Below, in pieces: positions 18,324 to 25,523 of a stretch of DNA of 29,050 nucleotides. Made by a program: the position numbers and the translations under genes. A model generated the notes under the pieces. It was given only the letters and a program-made list of their open reading frames with translations. It had not been told where the DNA came from and ran no database searches. How positions within the stretch are numbered: the stretch's first letter is position 1; each line of letters begins with the position of its first letter. Source of the DNA: a virus (lineage: Duplodnaviria > Caudoviricetes); IMG/VR virus record IMGVR_UViG_3300009566_000067, positions 1 through 29,050 of that record; one strand, 5' to 3'.

Positions 18324-19013
18324 CTACTTCGTGAACAGGAGCTTGACCTTTCCCGCGAGCTTCTCCGCCGCGTAGAGCGCGAGCGGCAGCGGGTCCTTGT
18401 GCTTGACGGCTGACCAGACGCCGACGCCGAGGCCTTCGACGTCATGGGCGGTACGTTCGAACTTCGCCGACTTGACGGCCCGGAGCGCGTCCTCGGCCAG
18501 GCCCTCGGCGGCTATCCGGAGGGCCCGCTCGTCCTCGAGCTGGCGCTTCAGGGCGGAGGATATTTCAACCTGGGCGTCGAACTTCACCTGCCAGGCCTTG
18601 TTCAAGGCGTTGACGGACTCCAGGTGCGTCCGGGCTGCGAGGTCGAATTTCTCGGCCCAGGCTGAATTCTCTCGTTTGGCCGCGGCCAGGGCGCCGGCGA
18701 GATCTCCCTGGGCTTCGAAGGAGACGATCTGGCGCTCGAGCTCGTCGATCTTCTTCCCCTGCTCGAGCTCGGCAGGAGTCGGCCGGCCGGCCGCGGCGAG
18801 TAGGCCTGAGATCTTCACGTCCTGCGCTACGATCGTCACGTCCTGAGCTTTGATCAGGCCCTGGTCCTCGGCGTGGAGCGCCTCGGCTTCCTGGGCGGCT
18901 TTGTCGTAGTCGGCCTTCGAAACCCACACGTCGGGATCCGGCTTTCGCTGCCAGAGGTGGAAAGCGAGCGCGAGAGCGGCGATCGTGAGGAGCCAGGGCA
19001 GGAGCTTCTTCAT
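18324..19013 (-). CDS. Spanin-like (Rz / i-spanin-like) membrane-anchored coiled-coil protein (229 aa)
   Basis: N-terminal TM (LLPWLLTIAALALAFHLW) and a long Ala/Glu coiled coil; directly after the endolysin (ATGA overlap). Confidence 0.55.
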   Translation of the reverse strand: MKKLLPWLLTIAALALAFHLWQRKPDPDVWVSKADYDKAAQEAEALHAEDQGLIKAQDVTIVAQDVKISGLLAAAGRPTPAELEQGKKIDELERQIVSFEAQGDLAGALAAAKRENSAWAEKFDLAARTHLESVNALNKAWQVKFDAQVEISSALKRQLEDERALRIAAEGLAEDALRAVKSAKFERTAHDVEGLGVGVWSAVKHKDPLPLALYAAEKLAGKVKLLFTK

Positions 19014-19387
19014 GCGAACCTCTTGACCTCGAGGAGCGGCCGGGGGTGGAGCGGCGAGTTGTCCGCGTGGAGGTGCTTGTTCGAGGCCTCGAAGCGACGG
19101 ATGCCCCGTTTCCGAAGGGCCTCAAGGAGCCTTCCGCGGGTGATCGGGCTGAAGCACCTGATATCGGCCGCGTGACAGAGCCCATCGGGCTGGATCATGT
19201 GGGCCGAGTTCGGGGCGCCGCCGACGGCCGCGTTGTGCGCCTCGCAGCGGCAGCCCGATTCGACGACGAGCGGGATGCCGAGCTCCTCACGGACCTCGTT
19301 CAGGATCTGGCGCATGGCCGGATCGAAGGCGTCGAGTGCACAGCCGCAGCGGCAGACGAAAGGCTCTTCGGGAAAATAATCCCTCAT
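19010..19387 (-). CDS. Endolysin, peptidase M15A family (125 aa)
   Basis: FVCRCGC, VESGCRCEAHNAAVGGAPNSAH, AADI and HLHAD zinc-peptidase motifs. Confidence 0.88.
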   Translation of the reverse strand: MRDYFPEEPFVCRCGCALDAFDPAMRQILNEVREELGIPLVVESGCRCEAHNAAVGGAPNSAHMIQPDGLCHAADIRCFSPITRGRLLEALRKRGIRRFEASNKHLHADNSPLHPRPLLEVKRFA

Positions 19388-19407
19388 CGAGGATCAGGGC
19401 CGGCCGA

Positions 19408-19827
19408 TCACTGAGCCGGCGTGCTGGGCGTGCCCGTGGCCTTCTTGTAAAGGTGGAACCAACCGGTCGACTCACCGAGGATGGCGCCGGTGTAGACCGC
19501 ATACTTCAGCCAATCCCAGGGGCTCATCGGACGGATGACCAGGAAGTAGACTGCGGTCACGGCGCCGGTCGTGAGGATCGTGAAGATGAAGGCGCCGACG
19601 CCCTGGGCGATGAGCTTGAGCTTCTTCTTCAGGAACTGGACGACCAGAGTGATAAGGCCGCCGCCGAGGATGGCGACGATCGCGTCGACGGTCGTGACCG
19701 CGATCTGGACGCCGAAGACTGAGACGATCGTCGGCTCCGTCTGGGCCAGAACGGGCATCGCGATGAACGAGATGCCGACCAAAGCGAGCAAGCCGACGAG
19801 CATCAGGTGGGTGAGAGAATTCTTCAT
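19408..19827 (-). CDS. Holin-like multi-pass membrane protein (139 aa)
   Basis: Start MKNSLTH with AAGGAGG SD. Signal-peptide-like N-terminus, about three further hydrophobic segments and a basic C-terminus; directly upstream of the endolysin. Confidence 0.6.
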   Translation of the reverse strand: MKNSLTHLMLVGLLALVGISFIAMPVLAQTEPTIVSVFGVQIAVTTVDAIVAILGGGLITLVVQFLKKKLKLIAQGVGAFIFTILTTGAVTAVYFLVIRPMSPWDWLKYAVYTGAILGESTGWFHLYKKATGTPSTPAQ

Positions 19828-19866
19828 GGAGACCTCCTTGCGGTAATCCGCTGACATGTCGCCATG

Positions 19867-19957
19867 ATGATAAGGGGGTGGTTTCTGTGATGTACGGCTA
19901 GGCCATTACGTTGTACCGGGTAAACCCATTACAGCTTGTAACGGCTAGGCCATTACA
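19867..19957 (-). promoter_or_regulatory. Putative late promoter with three phased pseudo-palindromic boxes
   Basis: Minus-strand -10 TATCAT (19867-19872) without a good -35. Boxes at 19891-19909, 19912-19933 and 19937-19957. ACGGCTAGGCCATTAC is repeated exactly at 19894 and 19941. Confidence 0.6.
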
Positions 19958-19976
19958 AATGCCCCCTTGACATGAT

Positions 19977-20252
19977 TTAGGATTTTTCGATTCTAAACGC
20001 CGTCGCACCGATTTCACGGTGCCATACTTCGACACTCACGCCGCGGCGATGTAGGAGCTTCCCGCGCTGGCCCGCCCGGTCGAGACAGACGTGTATCTCG
20101 CGCAAGAGCGGCACTTCGGGATTGTAGGCCACGAGCCGCGTCTCTCTGCCAGGCTCCGTCACGTCCCAGACATGGCAGCCCTGCCTAGCAAGCTCGCGGA
20201 TCGCCGCGTCCCGGGCCCGTGCCTTCCTGCCCCTCGTCGCCGCGTCGCTCAT
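19977..20252 (-). CDS. Hypothetical protein, possible degenerate Hjc / PD-(D/E)xK fold (91 aa)
   Basis: GAGGGG SD. RGRKARARDAAIRELARQGCHV...RLVAY...LREIHVC parallels the Hjc layout but lacks the catalytic acidic and Lys residues. Confidence 0.55.
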   Translation of the reverse strand: MSDAATRGRKARARDAAIRELARQGCHVWDVTEPGRETRLVAYNPEVPLLREIHVCLDRAGQRGKLLHRRGVSVEVWHREIGATAFRIEKS

Positions 20253-20262
20253 CAATCCCCTC

Positions 20263-20610
20263 TTAAACCACTTCCGGGAACGGCTTCCGGATGAACAGGC
20301 GCACCGGCCAAGGCTTCCGGGCCCAGACCTCGTTGGCCGTCCGCTTCGCCTGGGCCTCGGCCGTCACGAGCTCGTCGGCGAGCTGCTTGGCCCGGACCTC
20401 CTGGGCCTTCTTGAGCTTCTCCTCCCAGGCCTCCTTCGTGAATTCGTCGGTCTTGACGACGTTCGACTTGACTGCGGTGATCTTGTGCCCATCCTCCTTG
20501 TCCGTGAGGATGACCTCTCCGAGCCGCGCCGTGGCCTGGTCGAGTTGCCGCCAGTTCTCCCCATCGACGATGTCCCGCTGTCCGTTCACATAGCTGACGA
20601 TGATCGGCAT
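20263..20610 (-). CDS. Hypothetical protein (115 aa)
   Basis: AGGAGG SD and TGATG coupling to the upstream gene. Confidence 0.7.
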   Translation of the reverse strand: MPIIVSYVNGQRDIVDGENWRQLDQATARLGEVILTDKEDGHKITAVKSNVVKTDEFTKEAWEEKLKKAQEVRAKQLADELVTAEAQAKRTANEVWARKPWPVRLFIRKPFPEVV

Positions 20611-20894
20611 CAAGCCCTCCTCTCCGTGTACTTGGATCCTGTACCGCCGCCCTCCGCTCCGTCGATCGCCGCGTGCAAGCCCACGGCGGCCCGTCGATCC
20701 GGGTTCATCTCAGACTTCCGACTGCGTTCGATGTTCTGGCAATCCCGCTCCTGGTCGAGCAGGTACTTCATGTCCTTGATGTACATGGGCTTCCGCAACC
20801 GCCGGCCGTCGATGAACAGCCGAAAGAAGTAGATCGCGACGACGAGCCCGCAGAAGCCCACAGCGATGCTGACGATGACGATGATGTCCTTCAT
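20610..20894 (-). CDS. Hypothetical membrane protein (94 aa)
   Basis: N-terminal TM IIVIVSIAVGFCGLVVAIYFF; GAGGAGG SD and ATGA overlap. Confidence 0.65.
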   Translation of the reverse strand: MKDIIVIVSIAVGFCGLVVAIYFFRLFIDGRRLRKPMYIKDMKYLLDQERDCQNIERSRKSEMNPDRRAAVGLHAAIDGAEGGGTGSKYTERRA

Positions 20895-21340
20895 GACCCC
20901 CTCCTCATCGCATAGTCCAACAACATTAGGGCGTCGGCCTCGTTGTCGTCCTTGACCGAACGCTCGAATCTCTCCCGGGCCGCCCCGACCATCGCGGCCT
21001 TGTCGGCCCGGCAGATGCCAGTGGCGGACTTCTTGAGCGTTGCTGAGTGGACAGCCTCGTGCTCGATCCCCCTGGCCGCACAGAGTTCCTGGATGCGGGT
21101 CGAAAGGCCGATAAGCAGATCCGTCGCGAAACCGCCTCGCATATGCGGCCGCTCATAGACGATCAGGCCAGGCTTCGTAAGGTCGACGAGCTCAACGAGC
21201 CAGGCGTTGAAGCGGATGAAGCGCATCCCCGGGGAGTCACCGCGGCCAAGCTGGAACTCCTGGACGCCGCTCTCAACGCGGCCTCCGGATGAGGATGCCC
21301 AGCCACAGCGCGTCCCCGGATCGATGGCAAGAAGATTCAC
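20891..21340 (-). CDS. Phage RuvC-like Holliday junction resolvase (149 aa)
   Basis: LLAIDPG, IVYERP, LKKSATG...ADKAAM and DDNEADAL provide the RuvC catalytic D/E/D/D set. Confidence 0.85.
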   Translation of the reverse strand: MNLLAIDPGTRCGWASSSGGRVESGVQEFQLGRGDSPGMRFIRFNAWLVELVDLTKPGLIVYERPHMRGGFATDLLIGLSTRIQELCAARGIEHEAVHSATLKKSATGICRADKAAMVGAARERFERSVKDDNEADALMLLDYAMRRGS

Positions 21341-21753
21341 TTGAGGATCTCCGCGGGGACCAAGCCCACGAGCTTCGGCCCGAGCGCCGAGACCTCGGAT
21401 TCCTCCTGCCGCCGATCGAAGTCTAAAGCGGCCTGCGTCATGTTTGCCGGTGCCAGCTCAGGGTAGTAGGCCAAGACGATCGTGACCCGTTTGTGCGCGA
21501 GCTCGTGGCCCCATCCCCTGGTGATGTATTCCCTGAACTCCTGAACCTCAGCCGGCGTCCTCGGAAGGAACATCCCGGCCTGGCACGTGCAGACAGGGAG
21601 GTTGGCGTAGAGATCCCGAAACCGCCGGTCATCGAGCGCCGGCTCGTAGCACTGGAGCTCGTAGAGGAGCTTCCTCCGGTCGATCGCGCTGACCCGGCCG
21701 CGGTGCCGCTGCATGATCTCCATGAAGCGCGTACGGAGGAGGTCGGCATTCAT
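21337..21753 (-). CDS. Hypothetical protein, winged-HTH-like (138 aa)
   Basis: HRGRVSAIDRRKL...DDRRFRDL...PVCT...GMFLPRTPAE resembles a phage wHTH pattern; overlapped on both sides. Confidence 0.6.
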   Translation of the reverse strand: MNADLLRTRFMEIMQRHRGRVSAIDRRKLLYELQCYEPALDDRRFRDLYANLPVCTCQAGMFLPRTPAEVQEFREYITRGWGHELAHKRVTIVLAYYPELAPANMTQAALDFDRRQEESEVSALGPKLVGLVPAEILK

Positions 21754-22016
21754 CGGTCGAACCTCCCGCCGGCCGGCCCGGGCGCGAAGCCGACGAAGAT
21801 CCCGTCCTTGACCGGGATCTCGTCGAGATGGCCGTCCGAGTCGAAGTAGAGGAGCTGCTGACCTTCGCGGAGATGGCCCTCGGCGACGAGCTCCTGGACG
21901 ACGGCCTCGACGTCGTTGGTCACGCTCGGATGTTCGTCCCAGGGCCCGATATCGCGGATTACGACCCGGGTCGGGCCGGCGTACTCAAAGCTGTAGTTCG
22001 CTCTGCACATTTTCAT
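21750..22016 (-). CDS. Hypothetical protein (88 aa)
   Basis: AAGGAG SD and ATGA overlaps. Motifs SVTNDVEAVV and LLYFDSDG. Confidence 0.65.
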   Translation of the reverse strand: MKMCRANYSFEYAGPTRVVIRDIGPWDEHPSVTNDVEAVVQELVAEGHLREGQQLLYFDSDGHLDEIPVKDGIFVGFAPGPAGGRFDR

Positions 22017-22495
22017 GGTTTCTCCTTTTGGCCGGCGCCAGTCCCGAGGACCTGAATCTCGTGGACCGGGAGGGCCTTGAATCCGTTGCTCTTCATGCGG
22101 GCATAGAGGGTTTCCTGCCCGGTCCAGACATAGGGCAGGAAGACTTGCAGGGCTTCAACCTGCTGAAGCTCGACGAGGCTCAGTTGGACTTCTACCCAGT
22201 CCTGCATCAACTTCCACGCCGTCCGGCGAGATTGCTCCCAGAGACGCTTGTTCCGTTCTGCAGAATTCCTCTTCACACCGGACGACAGGACCTGCATGAC
22301 GGCGCCGATATTGGCCGGCAGCCGGACGGGGATCGAAGAACCCTGGAGGGTCGGATGGGGTAGCGTGAAATAGAGAGCAGCCACTTCCCCATCGTTGTAG
22401 TCCTTGAGGATATTCCGGATCCCGGCCTTGGCCAGGATCTGCTCAATCCGGCTGACCGTCATCGAGACGGAGACCTGGCTCGTGTAATTCTTCAT
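22013..22495 (-). CDS. Phage hypothetical protein (160 aa)
   Basis: Start re-called at MKNYTSQV (GAAAGGA SD). RLPAN...QSRRTAWKLMQDWVEVQL...VFLPY pattern. Confidence 0.7.
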   Translation of the reverse strand: MKNYTSQVSVSMTVSRIEQILAKAGIRNILKDYNDGEVAALYFTLPHPTLQGSSIPVRLPANIGAVMQVLSSGVKRNSAERNKRLWEQSRRTAWKLMQDWVEVQLSLVELQQVEALQVFLPYVWTGQETLYARMKSNGFKALPVHEIQVLGTGAGQKEKP

Positions 22496-22644
22496 CGTGT
22501 GATCCTTTCCACGGAGATCTGCCGCGTCTTGAGGTCCGCTGCCGCCCGCTCGACTCGTGCCCCGAGGACAAGACCCAACGCGAAAATCAGGATGACGCCC
22601 AGGCCGACGAGGACCAGGGCAGGCTCCCGCTCGATTCTTCTCAT
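22492..22644 (-). CDS. Small membrane protein missing from the ORF track (50 aa)
   Basis: MRRIEREPALVLVGLGVILIFALGLVLGARVERAAADLKTRQISVERITR*. GGAGG SD, TGATG overlap upstream and ATGA overlap downstream; fills the gap exactly. Confidence 0.7.
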   Translation of the reverse strand: MRRIEREPALVLVGLGVILIFALGLVLGARVERAAADLKTRQISVERITR

Positions 22645-23588
22645 CAACCCCTCCGTCCCCCGATGTACGGATCCTCGGGGGCCCGCCGGGCAGCATCCCC
22701 GGTCCGTCTCTTGACGTACGCCCGCTCCATGATCTTGGTGAGGTTCTTCGGGCTGAGGATCCAGTCGAACGTCACGAGCCAGCCGCGGTCGTTGTCGCCG
22801 TGAAAAAAGGGTTGTTCGTGGACCGCGACGAGGACCTTCTCGAGGTCAAAGTGGGGATCCCTGAGCCGGGCCATGAGCGATTTCTCGCGCGCGCTTCCCG
22901 GCTCGATGCCTATGATCGGGGGTAAACCGTGGCCCTCCGCGAAACCGTTCCAAAGCCCGGTAATGAGCGCCTCGAGATTGGCCGGCGGGGGATCGTTCTT
23001 TTTGACCTTCTTCCACAGGGCCGTCAGAGAATCAATGACTGAAGACGGGAGGGCCTTGGCCCTCCTGTCCTCTTCTTTTCCTCTACTATCCTCTCCTCTT
23101 CTCTTCTCTTCTCTAGCTACCGGTTTTTTTGAACCTACTTCCGCTTTTTCGGAAGTGGATTCCGCTTTCGCAAACTGTCTTTTCCATCTATCTGATAACG
23201 CGTAGGTTTCGGTGCTGGCGACATAATAGATACCCGGAGAGGGCTCCGTAAGCTTGCCAACGCTCGAATGGAGGCATATTGCGACCGTCGCTTTGAGCCA
23301 GTCGATCGGCACACACCACATTCCGGCGAGCTGTTCGAGCGGGTACGGGGTCGTCTCGTTCGCCCTGAGATATCCGCCGTCCTTCTTGGACATGGTCATG
23401 ATGTCCGTGAAGATCCCTCGAAGGTCAGCGAAGGGCGCATTGAGAACGGATTGGGGGATGAGCGGCGCGAGGTCAGGGAATCTCTCCGCCCAACCTGGGC
23501 CGATGTTGAGCTCATGACGAGTCGATCCGAAGAGCCACTTGTCGATGTAGAATGGGTACCACGTATCAATCTGTTTTCCGCGCTTCAT
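22644..23588 (-). CDS. Phage replication initiator / replisome organizer (314 aa)
   Basis: Start re-called at MKRGKQID (GCAGGAG SD). N-terminal WYPFYIDKWLFGSTR...GYLR...PY..EQLA, a central low-complexity REEKRRGEDSRG linker, and C-terminal PFFHGDNDRGWLVTFDWIL...KIME. Confidence 0.8.
   Translation of the reverse strand: MKRGKQIDTWYPFYIDKWLFGSTRHELNIGPGWAERFPDLAPLIPQSVLNAPFADLRGIFTDIMTMSKKDGGYLRANETTPYPLEQLAGMWCVPIDWLKATVAICLHSSVGKLTEPSPGIYYVASTETYALSDRWKRQFAKAESTSEKAEVGSKKPVAREEKRRGEDSRGKEEDRRAKALPSSVIDSLTALWKKVKKNDPPPANLEALITGLWNGFAEGHGLPPIIGIEPGSAREKSLMARLRDPHFDLEKVLVAVHEQPFFHGDNDRGWLVTFDWILSPKNLTKIMERAYVKRRTGDAARRAPEDPYIGGRRG
23069..23170. repeat. Putative replication origin (iteron-like repeats and pyrimidine tract) inside the initiator gene
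   Basis: (CTCTT)n tract at 23069-23113, T7 run, inverted repeat ACTTCCG-N6-CGGAAGT (23137-23156), and direct repeat TTCCGCTTT at 23139 and 23160 (21-bp spacing). Confidence 0.55.
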
Positions 23589-23600
23589 GAATTCTCCTGC

Positions 23601-23689
23601 TTGAAAAAAAGAGCACGGGCGGGGCGGGAAAGGAGTAAGACCGCCCAACGGTGAGGAGCCGCATTTTTCGCCCGGGCTTGGTCGTTCAA
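23601..23689 (-). ncRNA. Candidate structured RNA / attenuator: three-way junction with two CUCCU loops and a U7 tract
   Basis: Outer stem 23612-23621 with 23669-23678. Inner hairpins GCGG-CUCCUCA-CCGU and GGGCGG-UCUUACUCCUUUC-CCGCCC, followed by CUUUUUUU. Confidence 0.5.
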
Positions 23690-23690
23690 A

Positions 23691-24470
23691 CTATCCCCTG
23701 GTCCTCACAACGGTCGGGTCGTCGTAGATATCGATCCCGGGGATTGAGATCTGGCCGCCCGCGGCGCGAACGACCCGGCCGATCTTGACCTCATCGACCA
23801 TCAGGTACTCGCGCGGGACGGCCGCGGGGTCCGCGACCCGGAATTTCCAGTTATGCCGGAGCGCGGTGCCGGCGGTCTCGATGCGCTCGGGGACGACCAC
23901 GGCAGGGCCGAGCTTCGTCTCCTCCGCCGCGGCCTTGTCCAGGATCGCGTCCTGCTCGGCCTTGGCCTTGGCGTTGAGCTCCCCCTGCTTCACGCGCCGC
24001 TCCCGCTCGATCCTCTCGGCGAGCTCGCGGTTCTGCGCGGCCAGCTTCTGGGCTGCCGCCTCGCGGTCGATCCGCTGCTGCTCGAGCTGCGCCTGACGGG
24101 CCTTCTCTTCGGCCTGGCGCAGGGCCTCGGCCTCGAGGCGCCGCTTTTCCGCTTCCTGCCGGCGCGCCTTCTCCTCGGCCTCCCTACGGATCCGGTCCTG
24201 CTCGATGCGGTAGGACGTGAGGGACCGCGAGAGGATGTCGATCGCCGGCTCGATCCGCTGGAGCTCGGCCCGCTCCGCGTCGAGGAGCTTCTGTTTGGCT
24301 TCGTCCTGGGCCCTTTTGAGCGGGGTGAAGAACGAGCGGATCTTCTTGGCCATGTCCTTGCCGGCGGCGATGAGTTCGGAGGCGAGCGAGGCCGAGGCCG
24401 GATCCGTGACCCGGGCGGCCTGGATCCGCACCGCCAGGTCGGTTGTCTGCTGTGTGAGCTGCGTGTCCAT
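23691..24470 (-). CDS. Coiled-coil protein of the recombination module (Gp157 / Gam-like C-terminus, 259 aa)
   Basis: Long E/R/A coiled coil with C-terminal WKFRVADPAAVPREYLMVDEVKI...IPGI; TGATG coupled to the exonuclease. Confidence 0.6.
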   Translation of the reverse strand: MDTQLTQQTTDLAVRIQAARVTDPASASLASELIAAGKDMAKKIRSFFTPLKRAQDEAKQKLLDAERAELQRIEPAIDILSRSLTSYRIEQDRIRREAEEKARRQEAEKRRLEAEALRQAEEKARQAQLEQQRIDREAAAQKLAAQNRELAERIERERRVKQGELNAKAKAEQDAILDKAAAEETKLGPAVVVPERIETAGTALRHNWKFRVADPAAVPREYLMVDEVKIGRVVRAAGGQISIPGIDIYDDPTVVRTRG

Positions 24471-25522
24471 CAGAAGGCTCCCTTCACGACCGCGTCGATC
24501 GAGGTCGTCGTGATGTCGTAGGTCTCCTTGTACTGGGCCTTGATCTCCTCGGGCACCGGGTACTTGGTCATCCGGCGCTGGGAGCTCGAGATCTCGATCG
24601 CGCCGGCGATCGCGTTCTTGCCGAAGTACTTTCCCGGCTTCTTGTTGTCGCCGACGAGCCGCGCGTGGAGCTGCTCGAATTTCTTCTTGGCCTCTTTGAG
24701 CTCGAGGTAGAACTCAAGCTCCGGCGTGTCGCCGTCCTGGATCTCGATCCACGACGAGCCCAGGGCCTTGAGCTGAGGGCAGAGATGATTGAAGTCGCAC
24801 ATCTCGCAGACCGAGAAGTCGTAGGGCATCGGCTCCGGGAGCGTTCCCGCCGCGACGTACTTGTTCACGAGCCGGGCCTTCGCGAGGTCGGCGTCGGCGA
24901 GGTCGTAGTTCGGGAGCATCGGCAGAATCCGCGGCCGCTTCCCGGGCGAGCAGAGGATGAGGAACCCGCCCTCGGAGTTGTCCATGAAGAGGTAGAGGTT
25001 GAGCTGCGAGACGTACTTGCGGATCCACCAGGCCCGCGACGTCCGGACGTCGTCGACCGACCGGAGCTTGTCCCAGTACTGGGCCGAGACCATTTTGACC
25101 TCGATCGGGACCGGCCGCTTCTTGCCGAAGACTGGCGCCAGGACCTTGCCGTCGATCCGGCCGGAGATCTCGTACTCGGGCCAGGAGAAGTGCTGCTGGG
25201 CCATCGTGACCTCGAAGCCCGCGGCCTCGAGGCGGTGCTTGATCTTCCGCTCCTCGTCGGATCCGGCCTCGACGCGGTAGAGGCCGTCGATCTCGAGCGG
25301 CTGGCGCTCCCGCCAATGGAGACGCGCGTAGGCGAGGAACCTGGCGCAGGGATGGCCGATCTCGGAGGCCCAGTTCGAGGCCGAGTGGTTCGCCGGCTCC
25401 CTCCTCTCGAAGAGGTCGTCGATGGCCATCTCCATAGCGGAGGCCGCGGCCGCGAGTTCGCCGAGGAGATACTCGTCCGGCTTGGCCAGGGCCTTTTCGG
25501 GGGTGATGGCTTGGGCGTCCAC
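24470..25522 (-). CDS. Cas4-like PD-(D/E)xK exonuclease (350 aa)
   Basis: ASEIGHPCAR, GRIDG, PIEVK and SQLNLY, with C-terminal CEMCDFNHLC giving the 1+3 Cys Fe-S arrangement. Confidence 0.8.
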   Translation of the reverse strand: MDAQAITPEKALAKPDEYLLGELAAAASAMEMAIDDLFERREPANHSASNWASEIGHPCARFLAYARLHWRERQPLEIDGLYRVEAGSDEERKIKHRLEAAGFEVTMAQQHFSWPEYEISGRIDGKVLAPVFGKKRPVPIEVKMVSAQYWDKLRSVDDVRTSRAWWIRKYVSQLNLYLFMDNSEGGFLILCSPGKRPRILPMLPNYDLADADLAKARLVNKYVAAGTLPEPMPYDFSVCEMCDFNHLCPQLKALGSSWIEIQDGDTPELEFYLELKEAKKKFEQLHARLVGDNKKPGKYFGKNAIAGAIEISSSQRRMTKYPVPEEIKAQYKETYDITTTSIDAVVKGAF

Positions 25523-25523
25523 G

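Noticed and set aside
19891-19957. Triple repeat considered as a mini-CRISPR array
   Set aside because: The units are nearly adjacent (2-3 nt apart) with no spacer-length unique sequence, so they fit protein-binding boxes better.
19967-19996. + strand TTGACA near the late promoter as an antisense promoter
   Set aside because: There is no acceptable -10 hexamer at 16-18 nt spacing.
24470-25522. Cas4-like gene as evidence of a CRISPR-Cas locus
   Set aside because: There is no cas1, cas2, effector gene or array, and the context is a phage recombination module.
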